Source of the DNA: Macrostomum lignano
Lineage: Eukaryota
Assembly (NCBI GenBank): GCA_002269645.1
Contig: NIVC01001485.1
Span: 1-64,000, forward strand
Direction: 5' to 3'
Length of the DNA stretch: 64,000 nucleotides
Below are positions 19,139 to 33,230 of the stretch, one piece after another. Under the pieces are notes generated by a model. The model worked only from the letters and a program-made list of their open reading frames with translations, had not been told where the DNA came from and did not search any database. The translations under genes and the position numbers were made by a program. Numbering within the stretch: position 1 is the first letter of the stretch; each line of letters starts with the position of its first letter.

Positions 19139-22100
19139 CTAGTTCTTCTTAGCCACGGACTTGGTCGAGTCTCGCAATTTCCTGCGACTCCCATAATTGC
19201 CTTCGTTTTCGCATTTCGGCGTCGGCGTGCTCACTTCGTCGCGGCCCGGCCTTGGGAAATTGTGATAGACGGGCACCTCGGCGGATGACGGACCATCGCC
19301 CGCGGTCCACTGATCATAGCCTGTCGTGTTGTCTCTCATTATGTCTTGAATTCCGACTACGCTGACGTTGGACGAATTTAGATCCGCTCTTGTGTGCCTG
19401 TGAACAGTGCCGCAGCACAGCATTGCTATGGCAGCCTCTCGGAACTCCCAGTTTAGCAAGCCGAGACAGAGTAGGACAAAGAATCCTTGACAAGCGTTCA
19501 GAATGACGAAAACGTACTGCACGGGTAGGGTGTACCATAGAGTCTGCGGAACAGCGAACAGCCAGGCGGCGGTCAGTAGTGGCGCCAGCAAGGCGCACTC
19601 GTGCGACTGGTGCTTAAGCTCGGTTTGAATATCGCGTCGCTTGATAGCCTGCTGGCTGAGGTTGCACAAGACTATCAGAGTGACCAAAATTGACAGTAGG
19701 CCAAACAGTAGCAGCGGTCCCAGGAATGACCAAATATAGATACCATCCAGCCAGCACTGGGGGCCGTAGCCAAATGACTGAAAGCTGACCCCGGCGACAA
19801 CGGCCACAATAACCACGGGAAGGATCCATGCTATTGGAAGAAGCCATTTCAATCGACCGATAATGACGCCTTTGACTACAGCGTGGAACAGCCAAATTGA
19901 TGCGGCTAGCAGCATCGCTAGGCCAGCGACAAAGAACAGATGCATAACAATAGAAACCGCCTTGCAAAATTCGTCGCTCTGTTTTGCTATTCCAGTCAGT
20001 AGAAAGCTTAGCTGACCAATGAAAATTGCTCCGGCAAGGTTCAGATACAGAATGTACAGTTCGTTGTGCAGCTTTTTGTCGCGAGCAACAACTATTATAA
20101 AGAAGATCAGGCACAAGAGCGAAATTCCCGTGAGAATGTACTTCAAGTAGGCTAGAATTATCTCGTGTATGTTGTTGTCGTATTCAGGCGCAGGTTGCAT
20201 CAGCACTGCAAAGCTAGTCAGGTGGTTACAGCTGCATGTTACGCTTTTCTCGTCCTCGTACAGCTTGACACAGCCTTCGGTTGACCACATGCCTCTGCCG
20301 AAGGCTGAGCCACTAGCCTTGCTTGGGTCCCAGAAGACGCATCGAGTTTCAAGCTGCATTTCTTCTTTGTTAATTTGACTTTTTATGTTAGGCACAAACA
20401 ATTGTAGAGTTAAATTTACAGGCTGCTCCATTTTCCTTGTCATTGCAACGGGAATGCTAGTTTTAATGGATACTACTCGACTGTTGACGACTAGCACAAT
20501 GCTACCGTTTGTAGCACTAGATAAGACGGTTTCATTCGTAGCATCGTTAGGAAGCAGGTCGCTAACGTGATTATAAACAACGCAAGCAACTTTGACTTCA
20601 GTTCCTGCCTGTGTTAGACTAGTAAATAAGCTGATAGGAAGGAGCACGGTGTCGGTTGACTGCATCCACAGGCTGTGGGTTTGTTCCGTATAGCGCAGTG
20701 CGTCAACTGGGCGATCAATGCAGCTCGAGCTAATTAGTTGAGTGCTCCAGTGCATCAGACCCTGTGTAAAGGTCACAGAAGAGCAGGCGGTGGGCAGCTG
20801 GCCAGCGAGACGGAGTGCCAGAGACTCGATTGGGCCAAGCATCGCTGCTGGATTGAGCTTTCCAGAGTCGATCTGAGGTCGGAGTTGGTCCGCAAACTTT
20901 TTCTGCATCACGGCACTGAATGCTCGACTAAATGAGCGCAAACTAGTGGCCAATGACTCGTTGCTGGTTCCGTCTGATTTTACTTTTAAGTTTGCCGTAA
21001 TGCGACCCAGAATGTCAAACGCTGACTGAGCGAATTCGACACTCGTTCCTTTGGCATCCACAGTACCAGCTATCACTTCGCAAGCGGAATCAGCCTCAGA
21101 CTGGACTGAAAACCTACGACTTGAGTTGGCAATACTTGCGATATTGTCAAATTTATCGTCTTGGCATATTCCATAGATGTAAACGCTTTGACAGCTGCCC
21201 ACAATGCAGGTTGTAAGCAGGCTATCCAGTTCAGTGGCGCAGTTACCTGTAAGCAGCTTCTTGTTCTTGGGCGGGTCCAGGCAATCAATCGGCGGTTCGT
21301 TCCAAAATACCAGATCGCTCATCAGCATAACTGCAGAAGGTGAGCCAAGCACAGCATTTGAAACTGTGGATGGCGCTAAATTCTCGCTGCTGAACTGAGT
21401 CGACGCCACGACTTGGACGCCATTCAAATAGAGTTCGACGACTGCCTTAGTAACACTAACTGCCAAGTTGAACCAGGATCTAGTATGAATCTTCTGCTCA
21501 ATAGAGCTGTTTCCAAGAGTGACTTGAGAAAGTTTTCCTGCAATACTCAGCTCCACACTAATTTTCACGATGTTTGAAGAAGCGGATTTCTTCTTTGCTC
21601 GAACGCGCAGCCCTTGGTTAGATGGATAGCCGGCCCGAAGAACATCCACGTATTCTTCCGTACTGATGGATTGAATCTGCAGCCAGAGCGATATTGTGAA
21701 GCCTTTAGGACAACCGGATCCAGAGAAGAGGCACACTTCAGTGCCCAAGTCAACAGATTCGGCTGCAACGAAGCGTCTACTTCGATTGGCTTCATTTGCG
21801 TGGTTACTGTTTCCCGCAGAATACATGGGAACATGAATGGTTTGCCTATCGTAGCAATTTGCGTCAAGATCTGTGGAAAGCTCGCCTGCACTGCCTAACG
21901 GCAAGTACTTCAGCATGATATCGCTAAAACAAGCAGCCGCCGCGTTTTTGCTCTTGTCATTGGGTCGGCCTAACAGGCCCGCTGTGTAGTTACCAATATC
22001 GTTATCTTCATTCCAACACAAAGTGCTTGCGTTTTCAAAATATGTTATAATGTAGTCATCGGCTTTAAGTAGTATACTGGCACTGGCGTACCAGAATATC

Positions 22101-24795
22101 TGCAGTGACACCCAGGTTGAGTAGTTAAATGGCGCCGAGGCTGTACAAGTTCTGTTAGGACTGCGAACTGTGACTTGAACAAAAGCATCGCGAGTCAAGG
22201 CCACCGCTGTACCAATCGAGCCCGGGTTCTGACCACCTGTGCTAAATAGGTAAGCGGTATCTTCAGTTTTTGGCATAGTTGGCTTCATTACTAGCGTTAA
22301 AATGTACGACTTGCAATTCGAGGTATTGTAAAGACAGCTGTCCTGCGAGTTCTCCATAATAACATATGAGCCTCCTGTGCCAAGGGTGCACAGAGCTCCG
22401 TTTTCAGTGCCGTATTTGTCCGGGCCAAAGTCTGTGTTAACACCATGCAAAGATTTTGGCTGGAGCTTTGACCACAGACCCGCGACTGTCCAGTAGTCGT
22501 CAGCCAGGCGCAGAAGATCGTACTGGCTGCTTTGAATACCAAGAACGAGATTGCTTTGACTGCTCGTCAGGAGCTCCTTGTACCAGGCAGCAACTATAAA
22601 CAGCAAGAATGAATCTCCTAGAGCGGCTGACGGATCCACCAATTTTCCCACAGTTAGTGCTCCAGCTGCAGTGCTGTCTCTGAACGTCCCACCAGATTCT
22701 CTGTACTCAAGACTGATGCTCACATTAGTACCATTAAGAATAATTGTAGGAAAGAAATTATCCTTTGAGAGAAGCAGAGCTACATTAGACCACCGATTGA
22801 GGCGCATCTTTACGTTGGATTTGGTCACCATTTTAGCAGTCCAGCCGGCTAGTTTGACCCAAGCTGCTAAGTTTCCATCAGCGCTGATGTTCATTCCGAA
22901 TCCTTCAAACGGATCGGCTTCATTGCCCATTGAAATTATTGTCAGGTCCGCTCCACTGTCCTTGCTGAGAAGCTTCATCCACAGAGTTACAATTACTTGT
23001 TTCCTGCAAGAGCTCAATTGCCTTGGGCATTCGTCGGCCCGGAATGCTTTAATGCCTACCTGTCCGTTGGTTCCGATCTTAGTGAACTTGGCTTCATAGC
23101 TGCTGACATTGCCAACTGGACCGATCGGCGTCGAGAGCAGTTTAGCCTGCTTTAACAGAAGGAATTCGGTGTCTATGATCGCTTGGCCCCACGAAATCAA
23201 GTCAGAATCAATGTAGTAGCGGTTATTTAAGCTGCCAACAGACATTGCGAACTCCTCCGGGGTCATCCACCTGTCGTAGAAGACTATATCAGTAAATGAA
23301 AAATTGCCCATAAACCAGTCAGGATTGTCCTTCCAAGTGCTGTTCTGATCGTTGTCAAACCTGCCAACCACAGCTCGGATGTGCTTATCGTAAGCCTTGT
23401 AACTGATGTCTGGCTGCAAATTTCGAATGCCGTAATCAGTACCATTTAAAAAGAGCCGCATGCCCTGCTGTAAGTTCCAAGTAAAGCCAACATTGAACCA
23501 TTCGTTCAAACCGAATCGATTGGCGTCGATTACAATAGTCCAATCTTGCCTGTCAATAGAGATGGACGCGCCTAGCAGATTGCCTGTGGTAAATATGCTG
23601 ATGCCTCTCGAGTCGAACGCTGAGGATCTGGAATCGCCAAAGTCGCCAGAGTTTAAAATGAATTGCATCTTCGAGGGATTTACACTTTTTATATTCATCC
23701 ATGCGTGCACAGTGAGACCGCTGATTTGGCAATCGCGCTGATACGGATCCGTGATGCACTTGCCAGACCAACTGATTGAATTCTCGGTTGGTCTCAACTG
23801 AATGTCACTTCCCAGGAAGAACTGACCTAGCCAGTTAGAGTTCAGTCTGGCTATCATGGACTTGTTGAATCTGTCTATTTCAAGCGTAATGGCAGAGTCG
23901 AACACGTTATGTAAATTGAAGTAATAAAGCGATTTTAGGCTGTAGTTCTTCGTGTCCTTCAAAATAAGACTGTCGCCAGTGATTTCGGGATCCGTTGACC
24001 AATAAAGGGTAGCGTTGCGCACGTATCTAAACTGGTCGCGAGTGTAGCCCAGGAAGCGATGCGACTCAAAATCTTCGAGCGGTCGAAACCAAACAACAAG
24101 ATGGTTCAGAACGACTCCAGCCGGAGTTGGGCCACCTCCGACAGCCGAACCAATTGTGATGCTTTCGTTGAAGGTGGCAGCGATAGTTGGCGGTGCATCA
24201 GATGCTGTAGCGCCGCATTGTACTCCGTTGACGTACAGCGTCAGTAACGGTGCAAGGCCTCGCTGGTCATAAATGAGACCAATGTTGGTCCACTGCTGAT
24301 TGGTGATCGGACAGCCAACAGACCTGCTTCCAGCTTTTGCTAGCAGTGACACAGACCCAGACGCACTGCTCAGTCTAAGCGAGATAATGTTGAACCTCAA
24401 AAACTCAGTATCGCCACTGGGTAGCGACTGAGTTACTTGCAACCAAAGCGACACCGAAATTCCATTGGAACAGGGTGACCCGGAAATTACGCAACTGTTA
24501 CCAAGACTACCTACTTGTAGACTGGCTAGGTTGTTCTGAATGAGAAAGACAGCCTCCATTGCATCACCTCGCTGCAAGTTCGTGACCGTGACATTTGAGC
24601 TAGCCGTCTCTGGAGCCAACGCGCCCATGCCAACTCCGGCACGCAGGTAGAAGTCCGCCATCTCGTAGTACGGATTTGGGCCAGTAGTTGCGTAAGTAAA
24701 ACGTTTCAAAATTGTCGAGTAGGCAAAGCTTGGTGCGCTGGGACTCGTTGGTTGAGGCGTGCTGACGACAGGCTGGTACTTGATCAGCTTGTAAA
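19139..24795 (-). CDS. Adhesion GPCR, 5.66-kb terminal exon (multiple LamG/pentraxin-like domains, GAIN/GPS, 7TM)
   Basis: GPS motif CVFWDP..WSTEGC..VTCSCNHLTSFAVLM followed by seven hydrophobic segments; repeated GISVSLWLQ / GFTISLWLQ / W.N.G...LY.NG LamG-like motifs; likely acceptor TTGCAG at 24796-24798. Confidence 0.9.
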
Positions 24796-24971
24796 CTGCA
24801 AGCGCATAATTGTTAAGGCAGAATGTTTTTAGCCAAAGTCGAAATTTATAAAAGAAAATTAAATAGCTTGCCACTGAAATCTAGCTTGACGTGGTTTCAA
24901 CCAGTATTTTCATAGTCTTTATCGTATTTTGCCGAAGTATTTGTTTTAGTGTCAGCATTAGTGACTCTATG

Positions 24972-25165
24972 GGCCGTATGCAGAAAGCTCTGTCTAGGGT
25001 AGTCCGGTCAATTGAAAAGCTACTTGGATTTGGTATGCAGAAACACAAAGTTAGACCGGTCTACTATAGCTCGTAGACAGAACTAGGGTAGCTAAACCAT
25101 AGACCATAGACTGAACTACCCAATTCCGGACTAGCTAGTCTTGACTAAGCTTTCTGCATACGGCC
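24972..25165. mobile_element. MITE-like element (194 bp)
   Basis: 18-bp TIR GGCCGTATGCAGAAAGCT; related copy in opposite orientation at 36411..36593. Confidence 0.65.
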
Positions 25166-26957
25166 ATATATTTGTTATGTTTTGGCTTGCTGACTTAATT
25201 GTTTTAGACTTCTTGTAGCTATTTTAGTATTTGACTTAGTGTCCTGTCGGTCTTTTTTTCTGTCTTAATCTGTTTTATAACACTACTTTAAACCGTGTTG
25301 CAAACGTTTCAGGTTATTATTATTACATAATAATTGTTTGCGATTTAGTATTAAATTTTTTTAATTTCATTCAGCTCCTCCAGGGGGAGGCTAGTGCTAG
25401 TCCAATATACTAAAAATTAAATTTTTACCTAAAGCTCCTGTAAGCAATATCAGGTTTTCTTCATGGATTGGCCAGAGCCACAGGGCTGGATGGATCGCCT
25501 GCGCGTGCAAGTGGCTGCTGCTGGCCGGTCTAGTGACCGTGACGGAAATCTCGCAGCCCATTCTCACTTCCGTTGCTGGCTGGGCGAGACTATTCGGCTC
25601 GGAGTAGGTGCTCACGTAATAGAAAGTCGTCACTGAGCTATCAATGTAGATCTGAGGAGGGTGTTGTGTTAGGAAAACGCTCGCATGGATCATTATCTAT
25701 TGTATACTGTGTGACAGTAGATACACCCAGTTGTGTTGTAAGCAATATAAAACTAATATTCGACTCGTAGTGGAGTCTGTAATACACTACCATTGTTTTT
25801 TGGGTATCTTCTCTTAATCTTCTGCTTAAAAGGTAGATTGCTATGCTTAGCAAACGTTTATTTAGTAATTATAATTAATTTTATACGTGCGTCTTTATTC
25901 TGTTTCTAATGCAAGTAAGGCTAATTTTATCTATACACTCGTTGCCGTCGTAGGTCAATTTAAGTTTATCTATTGTGTAGTTTTATTGATTGCTCATCAA
26001 GTCTCTGCTCAACTACAAAACTTGGACTAATACTGCTCAACACCCTTACCCTAATGATTCCCGTCGACCTCTCCCAGGTGAAGCCGAGCAAGCGCCAGAA
26101 TCCGCATTTGCGTTGGAATTCGTCCACGCAAGAATGCCAGCGGCCTTTGGCTCCGATAACTGTCAGGCACAGCTTGCCAACGTCTGTGTAGAACTGGAAG
26201 CCTTGACTGTGGCTGGTGCCTAAAAAGGTTTTTTTCAAATCACTGTATGGCATTTCTAGGTTTACGATGCTTTTAAAAAACCTGTTTGTTTAAAACAGAA
26301 ACATTATTAAGATTCAGTTTTTGTTTTAACCGATATGTATTAATCATTCCTCATCTTCTTAAATTGAACATACGCTCGTAGAATTTAAGACTCGTGCATG
26401 TACGTTGGAACTTTGACTATTAGAGTCCGGAAACAGGCAAGAAAGTACTTTATGCTCCCTATAAGAGAATATTTTATTTCTTTCGTATGTAACGGCGATT
26501 TGGACAATCATGTGGCCAAAAAAATCTGTAAGGAAAAATGACACCCCTGGTTTGATTCCGTGAGCAGCAGTCGTGGCTGTCGTGCAATTCACAGCCAACA
26601 AGGGCCAACCCCAAGGCGCAGAGAGTGTACATGCCAGACGATAAGAAAGCCAGGGCCGTTGTACACCCTGTGTGAGTGAGTGTTTGAGTGCAGTGCCTGC
26701 GTACAGTGTTGGTGCGCTTGTGTGTGCTCAGGAGCCAGTGGAATGGGCAGAATCAGCTCAGCGCTGGTTTCTGTGCCAGGGTGCGCCACAGCTCTCCTGT
26801 AAATATTATTATTTTTAATAGGCCAGAGTTTTAAATAATTTTGCTGCAAACGCCGCATATATGGTTGGCCAGGTATGGATAGATTTAAAAAAATGACGCT
26901 AATAAACACGCTCGTAAACTCCAGTGCGACATGCAGCACTGGCCAGCAGAAACTCAC

Positions 26958-27458
26958 TGGTAGCCAGCAGGACCTCCTTAGCGTAGTTCTCCAGGGTGAA
27001 ATTGACCCACACCGATGCACTGAGGCCGTAGTCGCACATCTCCGGTTGTTGAAAGCACAGCCGTCCGTAGGGTGCATCGTTGGCCAGACTGCCGAGTAGC
27101 AGGCAAGTGTCTGCCGAGCCGGCGAACATCACCGACGTGGTGTCCTCGGCGTCTAGACCGGGGCCCAGGCCGACAGTGTCTGGCAAGAGCCCGTTCAGAG
27201 CGTTGGTGATGTTCGACCAAGTCGAATTGTAGCCGGGAACATTGTCCAGCAGATCCTCGTCGCGACAGGCCACGCAGCAGGAGGGGTCGGGCGACTGGCT
27301 GGGATTCGCCGCTCGGCTGTCATTGCAGGCCTGTCTAAAGTAGTCCCGACGTCGATTGACCTGCGCCCTAACGAAGGTGTTGTGAGCGCCGAGATCGCGC
27401 AGAGTGAGATCGGCGTTGAACTGCCAGTAGTGATTGCAGGTTGCCCAGTAGTTGATGC
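26958..27458 (-). CDS. Probable upstream exon of the adhesion GPCR (LamG-like)
   Basis: AG..GT bounded, 501 nt, phase 1-1, open; INYWATCNHYWQFN and CFQQPEMCDYGLSASVWVNF motifs echo repeats in the big exon. Confidence 0.7.
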
Positions 27459-27689
27459 CTGTTCGTGAGGTGGTTGGGGTGGCTTTAATTGGGATTTAGG
27501 TGAGATGACAATGCGTTTAACCCCCTCAGGGGGACCATACTCAGGGGGACTCAGGGGGGGGGAGCTGCGAGCAATTGCAGGTTAAGCCGAGTTGATTACG
27601 GTTAGTGCTCAGCCGAATACTCTCGTAGTCGGCTTGCGTCACTCCAAACTTCGCCGATTTTAAAGGGCGCCGATTTAAACAGAGGCGCC

Positions 27690-27960
27690 GAATAGGATAT
27701 GGCGCCGATTTATATGTCGCGCCGAGTTGGATGTGGCGCCGAATTGGTTCGCCGATCTATGTGGCACCGATTTGGATGTGGCTCCCATTTGTATGTGTCG
27801 CCGAATTGGATGTGGCGCCGATTTGTATGTGGCGCCAATTTACATGTGGCGCCGATCTATATGCAGCGCCGATTTATTTGTGGCGCCGATTTATTTGTGC
27901 CACCGGTTTGGATGTGGCGCCATTTAGGATTTGGCGCTGATTTTGATCTGGCGCCGATTT
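27690..27960. repeat. ~20-bp minisatellite (ATGTGGCGCCGATTT..)
   Basis: Directly visible degenerate tandem units. Confidence 0.85.
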
Positions 27961-28080
27961 CAATAGGGGCGTCCAATTTTAGTAGTCCAAGCTTAACCTA
28001 AGCTAGCATAGTCTCGAATAGTAGTGTTGGAGTTCTTCTACTGATAAGTAGAACGTATAGAGTTTTTAAAAAATGCTTAC

Positions 28081-28209
28081 GGAAACGATTTTCAACAACA
28101 GGTGGATAGATGCGAGGCGGGATGTATGGTGTTGTTACTATAGGCTGTTGAGTTGTAGTAATAGGTGTCGTAGTAGTGACTGTTGTAGTAGTCGTATTGG
28201 TGGTAGTCT
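28081..28209 (-). CDS. Probable Thr-rich (mucin-like) exon of the adhesion GPCR
   Basis: TTTTAG acceptor, GTAAGC donor, 129 nt phase 1-1, TTTNTTTTTVTTTTPITTTQQP; in frame with the 27458 exon. Confidence 0.65.
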
Positions 28210-28786
28210 CTAAAAATTGGCAATCCAGAACCGAAGCAAAAAGGTGGGGAGCTGGTGTGAGCTATTGAACTTAATTTAATTCAATGGGTTTTGTTTATAA
28301 TTCGCATAAAATTGCACATTATTAACAAACCAGATGCTCCGATAAAGCATGGAAAATAAACATTTTATCACGCAAAACATCGGGGGACATGCATACAGTA
28401 GAGTTCTCCACGTACTTGTACAGGGCGAGCCTTACAAATTATAATTTCTTATAAATTTACTAACAATCCCACTATTAACAAGGCCTTATACTGAACTATT
28501 AGATGATGAAAGAGATGATTTTAACTGAGATTGAAGCGAAGTGTGAACTGATTCAGTGAGAATTGAGTGATTTTAAAAAAAAATTGTCCATGACGAATTT
28601 GCTGTCACTTCTGGAGCGCCGGACCTACGATCATAAACGGGTTGCTATGGTCGATGCCGTTTCTTAAAATATTCAATCAGTAATTATATTTTTTCAATGT
28701 TTCAGGATGTAAAACGGAGTGCAACTTAACTGAATCCGTGTCGAACCAGTCCGAGTCAATGGTCTGAAAATCGATAAAATTATAAG

Positions 28787-29295
28787 GGTCAGGCTCTCAG
28801 GATGGGGGGTCAGGTTCTCGGGATGGGGGGTCAGGTTCTCAGGATGGGAAGTCAGGTTCTCAGGATGGGGGGTCAGGTTCTCAGGATGGGGGGTCAGGTT
28901 CTCAGGATGGGAAGTCAGGTTCTCAGGATGGGGGGTCAGGCTCTCAGGATGGGGGGTCAGGCTCTCAGAATGGGAAGTCAGGTTCTCAGGATGGGAGGTC
29001 AGGCTCTCAGGATGGGGGGTCAGGCTCTCAGAATGGGAAGTCAGGTTCTCAGGATGGGGGGTCAGGCTCTCAGGATGGTGGGTCAGGCTCTCAGAGGGGG
29101 GTCAGGTTCTCAGGATGGGGGGTCAGGCTCTCAGGATGGTGGGTCAGGTTCTCCGGATGGGGGGTCAGGTTCTCCGGATGGAAAGTCAGGTTCTCAGGAT
29201 GGGGGTCAGGTTCTCATCAAGGGGGGTCAGGTTCTCAAGATGGGGGTCAGGTTCTCAAGATGGGGGTCAGGTTCTTATGATGGGGGTCAGGTGCT
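28787..29295. repeat. 21-bp minisatellite (GGGGGTCAGGTTCTCAGGATG)
   Basis: Produces MGGQVLR repeat ORF. Confidence 0.92.
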
Positions 29296-29715
29296 CATGA
29301 AGGGTCGGATCGCAATTCTGATCACAAACGAATTGCATGCAGTAGTTTTGTACATGTGCATGTAAAAAGTGGCAAAGAAGTTTCGAAAATTGCAATACTC
29401 ACAGCCAGTTACGCTGGTGACGGCAGAGACAGCCCACTGTAAGACGGAATGGCATTGTTGGTTCTTCTCCCTTGAGTCTTATAGTCCCTTGTAATTCTCA
29501 ACCCACCTGTCGCGGGTGATTAAAAATTCAGTCAGGTGATTCAGGAAGAGAAGATGATGAGGCGGGAAATTTCCGCATGGCTGCAGGGGGAGCGGCGCGC
29601 AAGGCGGGGGGGAGGGGCCAAGGCCTGTTCCGATCAGGGACTTCTAAGATAATTTGGACTGGAATTATAATCGCTAAAGTTCTCAGTGAAAGCTATATCA
29701 GTTAAAGCTAGCTAA

Positions 29716-30590
29716 CTGGGAGCGCCAAACTGAGGGCGCCAAACTGGGGGCGCCAAACTAGGGCACTGAAGGCGCCACACTTGTGGGACTGGGGGCGCCA
29801 AACTGAGGGCGCCAAACTGGGGGTGCCAAACTGAGGACGCCAAACTGGGGGCGCCAAACTGGGGTCGCCAAACTGGGGGCGCCCAACTGGGGACGCCAAA
29901 CTGGGGGCGCCAAACTGGGGGCGCAGAACTAGGGCACTGGAGGCGCCACACTTGTGGCACTGGGGCGCCAAACTGGGGCGCCAAACTGGGGCACCAAACT
30001 GGGGGTGCCAAACTGAGGGCCCTAAACTGGGGGCGCAAAACTGGGGACGCCAAACTGGGGTCGCCAAACTGGGGGCGCAGAACTAGGGCACTGGAGGTGC
30101 CACACATGTGGCACTGGGGGCGCCAAACTGGGGGCGCAGAACTAGGGCACTGGAGGCGCCACACTTGTGGCACTGGGGGCGCCAAACTGGGGCACCAAAC
30201 TGGGGGCGCCAAACTGAGGGCGCCAAACTGGGGGCGCCAAACTGGGGGCGCAAAACTGGGGACGCCAAACTGGGGTCGCCAAACTGGGGGCGCAGAACTA
30301 GGGCACTGGAGGCGCCACACTTGTGGCACTGGGGGCGCCAAACTGGGGCACCAAACTGGGGGCGCCAAACTGAGGGCCCCAAACTGGGGGCGCCAAACTG
30401 GGGGCGCAAAACTGGGGACGCCAAACTGGGGTCGCCAAACTGGGGGCGCAGAACTAGGGCACTGGAGGTGCCACACATGTGGCACTGGGGGCGCCAAACT
30501 GGGGGCGCCAAACTAGGGGCGCCAAACTGGGGGCGCCAAACTGGGGGCGCCAAACTAGGGGCGCCACACATGTGGCACTGGGGGCGCCAC
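29716..30590. repeat. 14-15-bp minisatellite (GGCGCCAAACTGGG) with higher-order periodicity
   Basis: Recurring GCAGAACTAGGGCACTGGAGG..CCACAC spacer about every 130-190 bp. Confidence 0.9.
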
Positions 30591-31726
30591 CTGCAAGCCA
30601 ACAGAACCGATAACAAAGAGTTTTTGAAACTCGTTTTTAAAAAGTTTAGTGCAAAATGTTTTCAATTTTAACTACATCTATTTTTTTTATTTGCAAAAGT
30701 TTTGCTTCCAATCCATAAGTCAACTGTATAGCCTTTTTTAGCGGTCCATGAGTGGAAGGAAGGAAGGAAAACAATTGAGGTGGATCACGAGAGCGGATGG
30801 GGGCAGTTGCCCCCCCCCCCCACCTCCCTATGCAAAGCTCCCAGACCCATGAAACAATGAAAATTCTGCTGTAGCGAGTCAAGGAGCTTCGGTAGTTACA
30901 GGTAGTATCTGGAATGGCTGTGGAGCCTGATGCTTATAAGCTTTATCTAAATCTAAGTTTAGATTTAAATCTAACGTAATTAGCCGGACTTTTTAACAAT
31001 AAAACTGGCAGTTGGAAAACTTGTTTTACCCTAAAGACCACATATGAAGAGGGGAGAGAGGAGAGAAGAGAGGAGAGCAGAGGGAAGAGGGGAGAGAGGA
31101 GACGAGTTGATAAGTAGGGGGGAGAGAGAACAGACACCAACCGAATGGGCCGAATAGAGGTTTCGTAGTTCGAAAATTAATCAAATAAAAACTGCAGTCA
31201 GCCTCACAATGTATACCGCTGAAGCAGACAATTTAAAGAGGAGTTGCTGCAGCGCTACTGCAGACTCTTATCTGCTAGTCTCCATGGACAAAGTCCACAA
31301 GCAGTGTTGCCACCGTTGCCATGATCAACAATGCCATGATGCAGCAGCAGAAGCCACTCTCAGCCGCCTCGTCAACTTTTTTCCAATCGATATTCCCCCT
31401 TCCCTCCCAAAGCAGACTCATTCAAGCGCAACAAACGACAGCCTCCGCCATCAGCTTCCCGCATTGTTTATTGCAACAATAGCCCTCCCCCAGCCCCAGC
31501 CCCATCCCTGCACAGTTGAGGGGGAAGTCAGCCAAGGGGCTTTATTGATTAGGCGATGCTGTAGAGAGCTCTGAGTTCATATGTGTCCATAAAGTCTGCT
31601 ACGGCCGACTCAAGCTATGAAGCTGTGATGTTAATTTGAGTTGAGCAGGCGGACAGGTTGCTGAGGAGTGCCACCGACAGAGCTGTCGGCTTCTACTGCT
31701 TTCATTTTCTCATTTGGTAGGCTAAG

Positions 31727-31780
31727 ACAGACAGACACTAAGACAGAGAGACAGACAGACAGACAGACACTAAGACAGAG

Positions 31781-31826
<46 letters not shown>

Positions 31827-31932
31827 GCAGACAGACAGAAACTAAGACAGACAGACAGACAGACAGACAGACAGGCAGATAGAAAGGATGGCAGACAGAC
31901 AGACAGACAGAAAGACAGACAGGCAGACACTA

Positions 31933-31977
<45 letters not shown>

Positions 31978-31998
31978 CTGAGACAGAAAGACAGAAAA
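31727..31998. repeat. (GACA)n microsatellite
   Basis: Direct. Confidence 0.95.
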
Positions 31999-32814
31999 AG
32001 ACTTCTCCATAATCGATATTTAATTAATCGTTACAGTCGCAAATACAAATTATGTTAAAACGGATGCACTCAGCACAAATACAAACAGTCTCTATGCACT
32101 TTTTATATATTTCTGGCTAAATAAATAAAAAAAATTTGGAAGTTTTGCAATATAAAAACTGTTTGCGAGCTTGTAAAACATGTTCAATGATAAATTTAAC
32201 AACTTGGTTGTTGATAATCACTTGATTAAACTGATAATTCAGTGGCTGGAATAAATTTCGCAAGGCCTGGAATATTAGTATTACAGAAGCCTATAGGCAT
32301 TACAGATGCCTGCGGGTGAATAAGCTTTTGTACAAAAAGCGGATGGCTGAGTATGCCATTGGAAATGCTGTACATGTACAAAAACAACAATTATAGAATA
32401 TTTTTGACACAGAATAAACTAATTTTGGACACTTAAGTAGAGCTTTGTTATCAGAATCAGAAGCTACAGGAATTAATAAGGCGCGTACAGCAGAACAAGT
32501 TAAAATCAATGATTCAATAACAGGTGAAAAACAAACAATACTCGTAAAGCGAATCGCCTAATTCTACTTATAGCGTCTTAAGTATACTCAAGACCTTTCT
32601 GCCTTAGTGCCAGTAAATGCCATACACACACACATTAACGTGTAACGCTTAAAGTTGATACGACGAGATTTCTATGGCCAAAAATCTATTAGGTGCCCGG
32701 AAATATCTGAAAGTTATTTATAGAAATTTGTCTATGGTAGCTTGGGCGGGGTGCTCTCTCCCAGCCCCCCTCACACCAGCGTCCATCATTCTTATGACTA
32801 GCCAATCCTAGCTT

Positions 32815-33230
32815 ATCTTTTATAGTCTATGGCTCATAGACTAGGCTGGACGCAGCTAGGCCATTCGTATTCAGCGTAGGCAGGATTCTCACATTGGATG
32901 GCTTTTTATCACTTTGCTTATCCTTTATAGTCTATGGCCCATAGACTAGGCTGGACGCAGCCACCTTTCGTATTCAGCGTAGGCAGGATTCTCACTTTGG
33001 ATGGCTTTTTATCACTTTGCTTATCCTTTATAGTCTATGGCCCATAGACTAGGCTGGACGCAGCCACCTTTCGTATTCAGCGTAGGCAGGATTCTCACTT
33101 TGGATGGCTTTTTATCACTTTGCTTATCCTTTATAGTCTATGGCTCATAGACTAGGCTGCACGCAGCCAGGCCCTTCGCAGTCAGCGTAGGCAGGATTCT
33201 CACTTTGGATGGCTTTATTCTCAGTTAGGC
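32815..33230. repeat. ~115-bp tandem repeat (3-4 copies)
   Basis: TATAGTCTATGGC.CATAGACTAGGCTGGACGCAGC unit recurs at ~32822, 32929, 33042, 33134. Confidence 0.85.
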
